A DNA stretch of 64,000 nucleotides from Octopus sinensis (lineage: Eukaryota). The stretch is from NCBI RefSeq assembly GCF_006345805.1, contig NC_042998.1, positions 310,001-374,000 of the forward strand, written 5' to 3'. Under the pieces are notes generated by a model. It did no database searches, was not told the origin of the DNA, and saw only the letters and a program-made list of their open reading frames with translations. Below, piece after piece: positions 13,325-26,590 of the stretch (its first letter is position 1; each line of letters opens with the position of its first letter). Made by a program: the position numbers and the translations under genes.

Positions 13325-13683
13325 TAAATATATGAAAGAATGGAGCTGAATGACGAATTAACAAAATTCCTTTATTTTTGACATATGTTCCTTGCTTTTC
13401 CTGATGAGAAAGCGGCATAATGTACTCCTTATTCCTTCGCAATTAGGAATATGCAGCCTTCGAAACATATGTCGAAAATAAAGGAATTTTGTTACTTCGT
13501 CGTTCAGCTCCATTCTTTCATATATTTATATTTTCAAAATAAACATACAAATTTCCACACGAAAGCACGTAATCTATCCCCTAGGCACGTAACTTCAACC
13601 GTGTTTTTTCTGATGTGAAATTGCTACCCAGGTATCGGTTAATTCGAATTATCCTTAATAAGATAATTCATTCAACTACTCAA
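13320..13683 (+). mobile_element. Penelope-like terminal-repeat remnant with inverted 5' arm
   Basis: 13320-13389 is the near-perfect reverse complement of 13464-13531; contains the hammerhead; flanked by (TA)n tracts. Confidence 0.55.
13390..13484 (+). ncRNA. minimal type I hammerhead ribozyme (Penelope-like)
   Basis: Stem I ccttgcttttc/gaaaataaagg; CTGATGA at 13401-13407; stem II gaaagcggcata/tatgcagccttc; GAAA at 13462-13465; palindromic stem III CATATG; GUC cleavage triplet at 13471-13473. Confidence 0.72.
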
Positions 13684-13988
13684 ATATATATATATATATA
13701 CATACACACATATATATATATATACATACACACATATATATATATATATATACATACACATATATATATATAAACATATATATATATACATATATATATA
13801 TACATATATATATACATATATATATACACATATATATATACATATATATATACACATATATATACACATATATATACACATATATATATATACATATATA
13901 TACATATATATATATACATATATATATACATATATATATACATATATATATACATATATATATATACATATATATATACATATATATA
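13684..13988. repeat. compound (TA)n/(TACA) microsatellite
   Basis: Directly visible; explains the spurious YI-repeat ORFs. Confidence 0.95.
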
Positions 13989-14243
13989 AAATAAATAAAT
14001 GCACCCTTTTAAATGCTAGCCAGGCTCATGGGCCTGGTTTCCCGGTTTCTATGGCGTATGTGTTCCCCAGCTGGACGGGACACCAGTCCACCACATCGTT
14101 ACTCATTTTTGCGAGCTGAGTGGACTGGAGCAACATGAAATAAAATGTTTTGCTCAAGAACACAATGCGTCGCCCGGTCCAGGAATCGAAACCACAATCT
14201 TACGATCATGGTGCTGACACCCTAATCACTAAGCCACGTACCT

Positions 14244-14246
<3 letters not shown>
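13989..14246 (-). mobile_element. SINE family A
   Basis: Reverse complement of 811-1072. Confidence 0.85.
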
Positions 14247-14291
<45 letters not shown>

Positions 14292-14466
14292 GCAAAGCTA
14301 TGCGCGTGTGAGCTTTTCTTCAGTTGATCAAACAATAGAATACTCAGTGTTGAAACCAAGAGAGATGTATTTACATTCATTATTACCATTTTAAACTATT
14401 TCGAGATGACTGTCAGAAAAAAAGAGAACACAACACCATAGTAAAGATTAATGATATAATGTATTT

Positions 14467-14623
14467 TATTCTGGCCAAGTCTGTCTTGCTACTCTGAGTT
14501 ACACTTGTGGGTGCACAGGGTCTTCAGGTAAGTTATGACTTATGTTATAAATCATAACTTTCCTGAAGACACTGTGCACTTACAGGTGTTACTCACTATA
14601 GCAAGACTAACTTGACCAAGATA
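14467..14623. repeat. fold-back inverted repeat, about 157 bp
   Basis: Arms such as gtgcacagggtcttcaggtaagttatga / tcataactttcctgaagacactgtgcac around a short loop. Confidence 0.8.
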
Positions 14624-15577
14624 ACACACACACACACACATACACACACACACATGTCTAAATAGATATAAATTTTTAAAATGTATAAACAAACAACATA
14701 ATGTATACAGAATTTAAAAACAAATGTGAAACAAAGAGAAAGTCCATAATTCTTCATCAGTTATTGACCAATGGTACTTTTCAGTTTCGCACCTTTAACG
14801 ATAAGACTGAATGCTTCCCAATTGGTGGTGTCCGTAAAAAAAAAAGTTTTCTTGTGTAGAATTAGGGTCAAGAGCAAACAAAATGAAACAAAACAAGCAA
14901 AACGACACAGTGTGATTTAGGATGGTGGACGAGGACAAACAGTTGAACAAAATATGGCCTTGGGGCCAGGAAAATAAGAATAGTGGGTAATGCTTAGAAA
15001 ATGTTTTGAATGATGGAGAATGGAGAGACAGAATTTGTGACTGGTCAGCTAAGGGACCAATACACACACACACACACAACAGGCTTCTTACAGTTTCCAT
15101 CAATCAAATCCACTCATAAGCCTTTGGTCATCCTGGGGCAATAATAAAAGACACTTGACCAAGGCCCCATGGTCAGGGAGCAAGCTTCTTCTTAAGCAAA
15201 CAACCATGCCTGCACCTTGCTTTCTATAGAAGTAATCTGTTTTAAAGTGTTCACGATGGTATGGAAAGCAGCTCTGTAACAGGGTACATGGGGATTGAGT
15301 ATTGTATTGAGCCTAGGGAAAAGTGGATAAAGGAGAGTACTGACATGCTCAAAGGACATTGACATGCTACATGTTCACAATTTGCTAAATCCACCCAATT
15401 GAACTGAAAGAACCAGGTAACTGAATCAATCATTGTCATCTGATTTCTAAGCTCTTACTCTTCATCCATTTCTCTTTATGTTGTTCCCTCAACTGACACA
15501 GCTGCAATAAACGGTTATTGTAAACAATGTGTATTCCATTAACAAAATAAATAAATAATAAATAGATAAAGAAACAT

Positions 15578-15783
15578 ACTCTTTTACTTGTTTCAGTCAT
15601 TTGACTGTGGCCATGCTGGAACACTACCTTTAGTTCAGCAAATCGACTCCAGGACTTATACTTTGGAAGCCTAGTACTTATTCTGTCGGTGTCTTTTGCC
15701 GAACAGCTAAGTTACGGGGATGTAAACACACGAGCATCGGGGGGACAAACACAGACACACACACACATATATATATATACATA

Positions 15784-15822
<39 letters not shown>

Positions 15823-15980
15823 GGCTTCTTTCAGTTTCTGTCTACCAAATCAACCCACAAGGCTTTGGTTGGCCCAAGGCTATAGTAGAAGACACTTGCC
15901 CAAGGTGCCACGCAGTGGGAATGAACCCAGAACCATGTGGTTGGTAAGCAAGCTACTTACCACACAGCCACTCCTGCGGC
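15578..15980 (-). mobile_element. SINE family C
   Basis: Family consensus match. Confidence 0.85.
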
Positions 15981-16159
15981 TATACATTAAAAAATAACAC
16001 ACACCATGAAAACAAATAAAACAACAAATGCTTGGTAAATGTGAGAAGTATTGATTGAAATATAATAAGAAAAATGCTTGGTAAATGTGAGGTTAGCAGT
16101 CAAAGTATTTCTTAAATCTTTACATCAAAATCAAAACAACTAGAAAAACATTATTTTAT

Positions 16160-16530
16160 TATTTTACTTGTTTCAGTCATTGGACTGTTTCCATGCTGGA
16201 GCAACACCTTTAGTCAAACAAATCGACTCCAGGACTTCTTTGTAAGCCTAGTATTTATTCTATCAGTCTCTTTTTGCCGAAACTCTAAGTGATGGGGATG
16301 TAAACATTAACATCGGTTGTCAAGCAATGGTGGGGGGGATAAACACAGACACAAATAACACATACATACATATATATGACAGGCTTCTTTCAGTTTCTGT
16401 CTACCAAATCCACTTACAAGGTTTTGGTTGGGCCTGAGGCTGTAGTAGAAGACACTTGCCCAAGATGCCACGCAGTGGGGCTGAACCCAGAACCATGTGG
16501 TTGGGAAGCAAGCTTCTTACCATACAGCCA
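16160..16530 (-). mobile_element. SINE family C
   Basis: Family consensus match. Confidence 0.85.
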
Positions 16531-16764
16531 GAAATCATTAAATCAACTTCGTCATCAGTCAAATTTAATGAGAACATTGAGAATAAATCTAAAATATTAC
16601 ATCTTCTCGCCAACAAACAACTTTGAATATATAATTTGATAAAGTTTTAGCATGACTGAATATTGTATTAAATAATCTGGAACTGTTGGATACTTCAAAC
16701 TCGTGTGGTTTTATTTTATTATCATCTCAATTCTACTATATTAATTATTTTTCTATACATAGGC

Positions 16765-17142
16765 TCAGGCGTGGCTGTGTGGTAAGATGTTTGTTTCTAA
16801 CCACATGGTTCTGGGTTCAGACCCATTGCGTAACACCTTGGTCAAGTATCTTCTACTATAACCAAAGCCTTGTGAGTGGATTTGGTAGATGAAAACTGAA
16901 AGAAGCCTGTTGTGTATACATATATATGTGTGTATGTGTGTTTGTGCCCCACTACCACTTGACAACTAGTGTTGGTGTGTTAATGTCCTTGTAATTTAGC
17001 AGTTTGGCAAAAGAGACTGATAGAATAAGTACCAAGCTTACAAGAAGAAAAAAAGTAGCAGGGTTGATTCATTAGACCAAAAATTCTTCAAAATAGTGCC
17101 CCAGTATGGCCACAGTCAGTTGACTGAAAACAAGTAAAAGAT
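16765..17142 (+). mobile_element. SINE family C
   Basis: Family match, inverted relative to 16160-16530. Confidence 0.8.
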
Positions 17143-20100
17143 ACATTGTTGCAGATAGATATTTCTCGAATCATGATATAAGAAGTGAATCCAGTTTTAA
17201 AACACAAACTCCTTTCAGTTTTTCTTTTATTAGATGTGTAGCAAATCTGAAAATGTCATTGCTAACGAGTGGCAGATTCTCTCGTGTGTACCAACCAAGT
17301 CCACCAAGGCTTCATTTGTTGAAGATCATAAAAAGACAGAAAGTGTTTGAGTTGGCAGAAGTGATCATGACTGAGTGCTTTTAGAATGTCTCTTTGACTT
17401 GATGTTAGACACAACTGTCTTTCTTTCATCAACACAAAGACTGAGTCATCACTCATATTAAGAAAGCAGCTCTGTACATCATTACTCACTCTAGTCCTGA
17501 ATAACAGATCACACCATTAAATCTTGTAAAGTTACTACAAATGGTAGATGTCACAATATCAGTTGGTTGCCCATGCACTCATATATTTATGATGTTGCCA
17601 AAGCAGGAGTGGCTGTGTGGTAAGAAGTTTGCTTCCCAACCGCAGGGTTCCAGGTTCAGTCCCACTGTGTGGAACCTTGGGCTATATCATCCATACCAAT
17701 CTCATAAACCTGGAAAGGATTGGCAATGATTATTGAGCACTGTTCCTTCACCTCTGACTATCTTATGAAAAAAGAAAGATAGAGTTTGATAAATAATTAC
17801 ATATAAAGTTGTCATTTAACTTCCTAATCTTCATAAAGTTCATGAACCACAGACAAAATGCAAAATAGCAACAGTTTCTGGTTACTATATTTTCTTCTTT
17901 ATTTCTAATCTATAATCAATGGTTGAAAGCACCAAATCAGACAAAACAATTATAGCACAATAATAGCAAGGTATAAAGTGATTATTAGATCAGCTCAGTG
18001 CATTGTTATCAATCGGGTTTTAACGAGAACATATGATAAATCCGAAATCTAATTAGATTATGTGTTACTTAGGCTGTTAGCTTAAGAAAATCTCTGCTTA
18101 CATGGAGTTCTTAAGTCTTAGGAAAGTCCTAATTTGGCATATAGCTGTAGGAGATTTTCTTCATTCTCTGGTTGTCTTTAGTTCATTTTGACAGGCATCT
18201 TCTTAAGTAAGTTACAGATCATCATTCATAGATATGACTAGTAGTGCTACAATACTACTATGACTAGTAGTGCTACAATACATCCTATAATATTTTCCCC
18301 AAAAAAGAAAACCTTGTCATTGTTATGACAGCAGTCTTATTTCAAGGGTCAACACAGTTTTGTTGATATAGAAATGTCAATGAAACTTTGTAAGATAACA
18401 GATATTCTAGCTTTAATGAAGTTGTGAATGTCAACATAACCTATGTAGTAAGACAGATATAGTTTTTTTTAATGCAAAGCAGACATTAATAGACAGAAGA
18501 GAATAATGCTTTGGGCAGGTTTTGAACTTGTGACCTATACAATGGAGACAGAATCAATGCTAGAAGATAAGCAGTGCTGAAAGAGAAGAACATTGTTTTA
18601 ACTAACAAAATATAAGTCATTTACAAACTGTAAGTCAACTCTCTGCTTTGTAAGCTTCTCAAGACAACCCTAATTAATGACACTCATTAGCATAACGACA
18701 ATCCAAATTGCTGATCAGTGAGAAACAAATTATATAGGAATGATTGCTGATTGGTTAGAAAAGCTGATGACGTAAGATAGTTTGGGCACTAGTATGGCTA
18801 TGTAAATGAAGGAAATTGTACATTAGCTGATTGGTTGATTTGTCTGAAAGATAATGATGCAGGTATTTCTGTTGTTGCATGCTTGTCTAGTGATGGACAG
18901 ATGTTGACAAACAATTGCAAATCCGTGAATTTAAATTCAAGTCACTGATACACCACAAAACAAGACAAAACGGAATATCAGCTACATTAGTTTCCTGCCT
19001 CAATTGCTGGTCATGAAAAGTGTAACAATTGGTATTTGCTCTTAAAGGTATTGAAGGGCAAAAACAGGCATCAATAAAGACAACTTTAACCCTGTCATGT
19101 CATGTTCCTGCTATAGTGGGATTATTTTAAATGTCATCGCTGTTGGATTCCTGATAAGGTGGAAATGAAGAATATACATAGAAAAAGGCGATGCAGCCAA
19201 TTTTACATGAGTAGAAGCTTTTTTTAACAGTTTTTATCCTGAAAATCACCTGTATAAATTACACAGGTGTACAAATTACATGGGTTTTTACAGTATTTTG
19301 TAGGCAAATGAGCAGTCATTAGTTTCAGACAAAATACCTTGTGATATTTTTTCTAGTACCTAGCATTCTGAGTTCAAATCCTGCCAAGGTCAACTTTGCC
19401 TTTCATCCTTCTGGGGTTGATATATAAAGTAATATTCTAAAGTGGTGGACTGACTAGTAGAAACAGTAGAGTACTGGATGTCATATATTGGGGAGTAATT
19501 GTTCTGGCACTTTATGTCCCGAGTTCAAATCTCATCAAAGCCTATTTGAATGATAGGCTTTATCCGTCACTTGGTTTAACACTACCATCTAGTACAATCA
19601 CAGGCAAACTGTGGCTCATAGGGCTTTTTGAATTCTGAATAGCATGCCTAATCAAAAATTGGCTTGAATTCTTTCAGTAGTACAGCTCACCTGATGGTGA
19701 ACCCTGTGTCATGTGACCTGCTTCTCAAAAAAGATTGCCCAGGCCCAATCTAACATCTTAGGTGCCTTTAGCGAAGCCCACACTATTACAAGTGTTTAGG
19801 CTACATCTTTGGCTTGAGGATAGCTACCTCTTTTCTGTCCCTAGTCTCAGAGGCCTGGTAAGGGAGATGATCACAGCTTTACCCTCCTGGTTAAAAGGTC
19901 AACTTCCAGGCCCTATTCTACCCCTCTTCTCCAAGATTGCCCTTTTCTGGGATATCTTTTGCATTTACATTATCCCTTCAATGATCATCCTATAATAACA
20001 CATTGATAATTAACAGAACATTAATTGTGCTAACACATTAACATAATATCTATAAACTTATAGTCTAAGGAGACTAAAATGAGATATATGGGTTCTTCAA

Positions 20101-20190
20101 CTTCTCAGATAAATGTCAAGAAAAATAAATTCATATACAGTGACTACCATTGCCAAAAAAAGGTTGACTGATTCTTCAAGACAACTTTGG

Positions 20191-20448
20191 AGGCGAGCTG
20201 GCAGAAACCTTAGCTAAGGCGGCAAGCTGGCAGAAACGTTAGCACGCCGGATAAAATGCTTAGCGGTATTTTGTCTGCCGCTACGTTCTGAGTTCAAATT
20301 CCGCTGAGGTTGACTCTGCCTTTCATCCTTTTGGGATCAATAAATTAAGTACTAGTTATGCACTGGGGTCGATCTAATCAACTTAATCCCTTTGTCTGTC
20401 TTTGTTTGTCCCCTCTATGTTTAGCCCCTTGTGGGCAATAAAGAAATA
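20191..20448 (+). mobile_element. SINE family D with duplicated 5' head
   Basis: ggcgagctggcagaaac head present twice; central gactctgcctttcatcctt..taaattaagtac block; TSD ACAACTTTGGAGG (20181-20193, 20449-20461). Confidence 0.85.
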
Positions 20449-21104
20449 ACAACTTTGGAGGATCAAAAATTCCAAGTGAAATGCAACAAGATTTGGAAAG
20501 ATATTGATGATGTTTGAATGCTTACATTACATGTTTATGATGGAAAAAGAATAAAATTCAAAATTTCCAAGATAAGTTATGCTTCTCTAACAGGTTTACA
20601 GTGGAGCCTATTGTAGAGGAAATTTCAGCATTCTCAGCCCCTGGACTATATTTCTCCTCATTACTATCGGAAGAGAGATTGGCTATCTACAAATGCGAGT
20701 CCCATGAGTCAGAGTGGCTGTTCCAGCCATCCTCTGGAGTAACACCTTTTCCATTGTTGCTGGAACTATGAGGTAGACTAGCAAGCCTTTTTAGATATTA
20801 CTTTGCTGTGAGGAAAAGGAAAGTTTATCTCACATGAATTCACATAAATTAGCATGCATTAGTTTCTTTCTATTTGCCAATAAATAATAATTACTTACGA
20901 AATCTGAGATTAATAGAAGAAATGAGGAGTTTTGAGGACCAAGTATCTCTTAACATTATTTAGCTACTTAAATATAAGTGGCTATAAAAAAACAAAAATA
21001 ATTAACAATAGGCCACACACTGGGTCCACAGATAACACATCACCATGCCATAACAGCTTTAAATCCACAGAAAAAAAAACAACAAAAACTAAGGAATATT
21101 GTAC

Positions 21105-21255
21105 CTGTTAATGCCTGTCGAGAGTGACAAAATGCTTCCACTATCTCCAATTTCTTGCTTTAATGTAGCAAGAAATGTAATGTCAATGTTCTCTCTGAGA
21201 AATCTCTGGGCCTTAGCACTCACTGCATCTGGTAGAATAACCACTCTCTGGCTAT
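21105..21255 (-). CDS. NELL1: NELL-like gene, coding exon (TSPN/LamG)
   Basis: Acceptor ttatgtctgttacag and donor AACAG|GTAC; 151 bp, phase 1-2. Reads DSQRVVILPDAVSAKAQRFLRENIDITFLATLKQEIGDSGSILSLSTGINR, matching the NELL FTILATxQQ..SGxILS motif; the split codon AG|G joins the next exon. Confidence 0.88.
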
Positions 21256-22240
21256 CTGTAACAGACATAAAGCAAATAATACATGTTAAAATAATTCTAT
21301 CAACTCAAATACTTTCTTCCATCAGCCAAGATAATGTTACAAGGTAAAGAGATAATGTTATGCTTTCTCTGTGAATAGTGAGATTAATTAAGTGGCTCTA
21401 AGTGGATTAAATCCTGTGGGTTTTAATGGCAGTTGTGACATAGGGGAACTGCATTTCAGATTCAATGTGTTCTTTCCTCTTATTTTTTTCAAGAGCAGAG
21501 ACAATTGATTGCACTGTTCTTCTTTTTTAAAACTGTAGCCTACCACTTTTTAAAGATCATTTACATTTTAAACAAAAATTGGCTATTATTTCTAGCAGGT
21601 CAAGCAATAACATAACCCCTCCTTTGTTGGTTTGTATTATATACTACAATAAAGTTGGTCCAGCTGGCAGAATTGTTAGCACACTGGGCAAAATGCTTAA
21701 CAGTATTTTATCTGTCTTTACGTTCTGAGTTCAAATTCTGCAAAGGTCAATTTTGTCTTTCATCCTTTTGGGGTGGATGAAATAAGTACCTGAGTCAATG
21801 TAATTGACTATCCTCTTCCCCCAAAATTTCAGGCCTTCTGCTTACAGCAGAAAGGATTATATATTATGTTATATGATGTTATCATTAATTAGATACTTAA
21901 ATTTCCTTGAGAGAAACATTTATTGTAAGGTCACATTATGTGTTATTAGTTACAGGGAAATCATTTCAGATCATTACAACTGCTATTATACTGTGAGCAA
22001 AAGTAATATGTTTAAAACTTATTTTGACCTACTATCACTTGGTATGTACCTCAATTTGCTTCTTTTGGAAATCAGTGTGACACTATACTTCCTAATTTTC
22101 TTAATCCACTCACAATGGTAGCACAAATGACAAATCTTTTGCTGTTCTCAACATTCAACTCATGCCTATTCTCCACACCACCAACCTCACAAGCTCTTTC
22201 CATTAAAAATTTTTTTTATTCCTAAAATCAATATCTAGAT

Positions 22241-22582
22241 CAGTAGTTCTCAATCATTTTTCACCTATGTACCCCTTTGATTACTATTCTATATTTTATT
22301 CTGGCGGACCCCTATAGCCATTCAATGTTTAAAAACTAGTTTTATAGATACTTCTTTCAAACTTCCTGTAATTCACTCATTCACTTGTATAGGTTGAACT
22401 ATATAAAATGTTAGAGAAAGAAACCTAGCTGTTTCTTGCAATACATACATTTAAAGCAAAGCTTTTCATGGACCCTTAAAATACTACTGTGGACCTCCAG
22501 TTTAGTATTCTGCTAGCATGGACCCTGAAAAATCTTATATGGGCCTCCCAGAGGTCATATGGAACCCAGTCGAGAACCACTG
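22241..22582. mobile_element. hAT (Charlie-type) MITE
   Basis: TIRs CAGTAGTTCTC / GAGAACCACTG; 8-bp TSD ATCTAGAT / ATCTTGAT. Confidence 0.8.
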
Positions 22583-22971
22583 ATCTTGATAGACATTATA
22601 AAAAACTATCAGAGCCAATAAGATTTTATGACTATTGTTATGACACTGCATATTAAAATAACTTATATTAAAGCAATGTACTTATAATACAGGTGCACAC
22701 TTTTTCTGGTAATACAAATATACTACTATGTTACAGTTTTGCCAACTGTAATAAGGTGGTTTTAACAACAAATGAATGTGTGACAAAGGAACTTTGATGG
22801 ACAAATAAACTAAAAGAAAAAGAAAAAAATAATATTTATAAAACAAAGTGAAGATCAAATAAATAGTTTGTGCGTTTAATTGGCAAAACATAGCCATCTG
22901 CAAGTATAACAATATAAATATATGAATGTGAGTGTGTGTTTGTGGGGAGTGTGTGTGCGTGTGTGTATGCA

Positions 22972-23014
<43 letters not shown>

Positions 23015-23017
23015 CTT

Positions 23018-23377
23018 GACTCTGTCGGTCATGAATGACCATGGGTGCACCTAAGAGATTCCTCTCTGGGGTATAAGTCTGGGTGGAAAGTTGACACACT
23101 GGTGAACACACAACCTAGGGTTGTTATGGAAGACCAGCAGTCGCCCATGCATACCAGCCTCCCCTCTCTATACCACTGATGTTATCCAAGGGAGAGGCAA
23201 AGGGGTCGATACAGCTTGGCACCAGTGATGTTCCAACTCATTTCTACAGCTGAGTGAAATGGGGCGACGTGAAATAAGTGTCTTGCTCAAGAACACAACA
23301 TGCAGCCCAGTCCGGGAATCAAACCCACAACCTCGTGATAGTAAGCTCAATACTCTAACCACTGAGCCATGCACTTT
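23018..23377 (-). mobile_element. tRNA-headed SINE, family F
   Basis: Minus-strand head gcatggctcagtggttagag..ggtttgattccc; body shared with 24710-24848 and 63630-63870. Confidence 0.75.
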
Positions 23378-23403
23378 CACATATATACACAACCCATCCA
23401 TCG

Positions 23404-23439
<36 letters not shown>

Positions 23440-24858
23440 ATACACATACACAATGAGCTTCCATCTATCATAGTCACTCACAAGACATTGATTTACCAAG
23501 GGCTATAGGAGAAGACACTTGCCCAAGGTGCCATACAGTGGGACTGAACTTGAAACCATGTGGTTTCAAAGCAAACTTCTTAATCACACAGCCATGCCTG
23601 CTTTTTACATTTATGTGTTACTATAAGTATGAAGTCATTAAAATGGTCAGTTTTTGTTTTGTCTCATAGAAGCAGAGGCCATCTAAGGCGAGTTGGTATC
23701 AAAAGGTTAACCAGCAATAATGTAAACTGAACATTAACCTGATCCAGGGATATTTATTTCTTAGGTTAAGAGTTCCTGAAAAGGTGATGAGGTTACATTC
23801 TTTAATCCATGGACTGATGAATAAAAGGATGTAACTCGATGGAATATATTATCTCTCCAATATGAATGCCAAGAAGAATACAACTCACTTCACAAAATCT
23901 CTTTCCTAAATAGTTGGACAGAAATCAAGTTTTAAAAGCCTTTGTTCCACAAAATGCATACAGCTTTAGTTTCTAACATTCACTGAGCAATTAGAAACTA
24001 ACTGCTTTTATAATAAAAGAAAGGATGATGAATTGAGAAAATTTGCCAAAAAGGACAGAACATGCTTAACTTAAATCCATATGGACTATTTGTATTTTTC
24101 TATTTGCAGATGTAAGTCTGCAAACCTTTTGCAACAAAAGTTGAATAATGCAGATATTGGATATTGGCAACATGACTAAGGTTAGTACTGAACTTTGATA
24201 TAATAAGCTAAAATACACAAACAAGAACCATATTCCATTTGAATACAATTTACAAGAGGAAGTAATAATATATAAGAATGGGTAATTGAAAGCTGGATTC
24301 CTTGCAACAATAAACACGAAAAGAAAATTACCAAAGTGAATTCTGATCTCCTATGAAGACATAAAGCTTAATATTTATACAATAAAGATATGTAAGATTC
24401 TGCACATTCATGCTGTTGTCTAAATTATTTGGTATAATGTGTGTGGCGTTATCTTTGCAACTAAAAATTAGATCTGTCACATGAATGACTGCAATTTTAC
24501 CTCTATTTCATTACATTTATGGTGTAGTGATAAAGAAGTTTGCTTCACAACTAGAGATGTTGGGTTCAAACTTACTGTGTAGCATCTAAAGGAAATATTT
24601 TTTTAACCAATTTTTCATGTTGAACAAAGCTGTGTGAGTGAAATAGGTAAATAGAAATGGAAACTGAAAGAAGCCTGTCACATGTGTGTGTGTGTTTGTG
24701 TTTGTATTCTATGCCACCGATGTTATCCAAGGGAGAAGCAAAGGCTGATACAGCTTGGTAGCAGTGATGTCATAACTCATTTCTACAGCTGAGTGAATTG
24801 GGGCAACATGAAATAAGTGTCTTGCTCAAGAACACAATATGCAGCCCATATATATATA

Positions 24859-25730
24859 CAGGATGCAATGGGTAAATTGTTACTAATTTATATTTTCAAT
24901 TTTGTGCAAGTGCATTGTTTGTTTTTGATTTTGTCAACTACATGGTATAGTAGGGTCAGTTGGGCACCATCTGTGAGAAAAAACAGCACCATGATGCAAT
25001 TCACTCTATCAGAAATTTGGAAATGACCTGCTATACTTCTTGGCATTTGCACCAGAAGCTCCAATATGAACGTTTCAGAGTATTTGGTGTCAATCTGAGG
25101 ATAGTGCAATCTGAGGACTTGTACCAAGAGTGATAAAAATCAAACATACAGTCAACATCACTAGTGATGACAATGTTAAGCCTTCATTCATCTTCCCACA
25201 TGGTCTCAAACTCAACATGGAGGCTTACATCAAATGCCTGGAGGAGGTAGTGCTGCCCTGAGTCAAGAGGATGGCTGCTGGAAGACCCTGTGTTGAGCAA
25301 CAGGACTCTGCACCATGCCACACAAGCAGGAGAACCCAGTCATGGCTGTCAGACAATTGCTGCAACCACATTACCCCTAACATCTGGCCACCTAACTTCC
25401 CAGACTGCAACCCCTTTGGTTATTATGTGTGGGGTGCAGTTGAGCAAGAGATCAACAAAACTCCTTGTAACACCAAAGATGAACTGAAGGCAAGGATTAT
25501 GACTGCATTCACCAACTTAAACAAAGAGACCATCCAGAAGAGTTGCAGGAGGTTCCGAAGTCATCTGGAGGCTGTGGTTGAAACCAATGGCCATTTTATT
25601 GAATAAATTTATTCTTTATTATTTCAAGATATTTTTTATGTAATTTTGCTAATTATATCTGTTAAAAATAGATGTCAATGTTATTTTCATTTTTGAGTAA
25701 TTTAGATGGCAGTTTACTCACTGCACCCTG
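24859..25730 (+). mobile_element. internally deleted Tc1/mariner transposon (DD37D, maT-like)
   Basis: TA-flanked degenerate TIRs CAGGATGCAATGGGTAAATTG / CAGTTTACTCACTGCACCCTG. Peptide QQDSAPCH..WPPNFPDCNPFGYYVWG has 37 residues between the second D and the third catalytic position, which is now G. Confidence 0.88.
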
Positions 25731-26217
25731 TATATGCAGGCACACATGCACACACGCACAACCACACACACACACACACACACAACAGGTAGTTTTCAAT
25801 TTCTGTTCTACAAAAATTCACTCCCAAAGATTTGGTCAACCTCAAGCTATAGTAGAAGATACTTGCTCAAATACCATACATACATACATACATACATACA
25901 TACATACATGTATGTACACATACACACACACATGTATATATAATATACATGTATATGTATGTGTGTATATAAAAGTATATATCTATATAAATATGTGTAT
26001 ACATTACTAAACAAGTGACAATGCTCCCTTTTGTTTGAATCAAGACTAACTTTAGAGGGGTTGTGAATATGTGAATTAGGGATTGCATTTATGAAGGAGA
26101 ATGTGTGGAGAACCTGGCACTCATGCAATGGGTTTGCATGCTACTTTAGTCAACAAGTTTGATGATGTATATGTGTACATGAGTGTTTTCATTATGCACA
26201 TGTATGTATGCACATTA

Positions 26218-26590
26218 GGAACAGGAGTGGCTATGTGGTAAGAAGCTTGCTTCCCAACCACATGGTTTCAGGTTCAGTCCCACTGTGTGGCATCTTGGGC
26301 AAGTGTCTTCTACTATAGCCTCAGGCTAACCAAAGCCTTGTGAGTGGATTTGGCAAATGGAAACTGAAAGAAGCCCATCATATACATATATATGTATATA
26401 TATGTATTTGTGTGTCTGCACCATTGCCTGACAACCAATGTTGGTGTGTTTACGTCCCTGTGACTTGGTGGTTCAGCCAAAGAGACCGATAGAATAGGCT
26501 TACAAAGAATAAGTCCAGGTATCAATTTGTTCAACTAAAGGCGATGCTCCAGCATGGCCGCAGTCAAATGAGTGAAACAAGTAAAAGAAT
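26218..26590 (+). mobile_element. SINE family C
   Basis: Family consensus match. Confidence 0.85.

Noticed and set aside
13672-14004. YI/YV-repeat ORFs, and similar HT, CV, poly-I, poly-T and poly-H ORFs elsewhere
   Set aside because: Translations of microsatellites.
18233-18281. Short tandem duplication TATGACTAGTAGTGCTACAATAC (similar case at 16027-16091)
   Set aside because: Ordinary slippage-type duplication with no functional signal.
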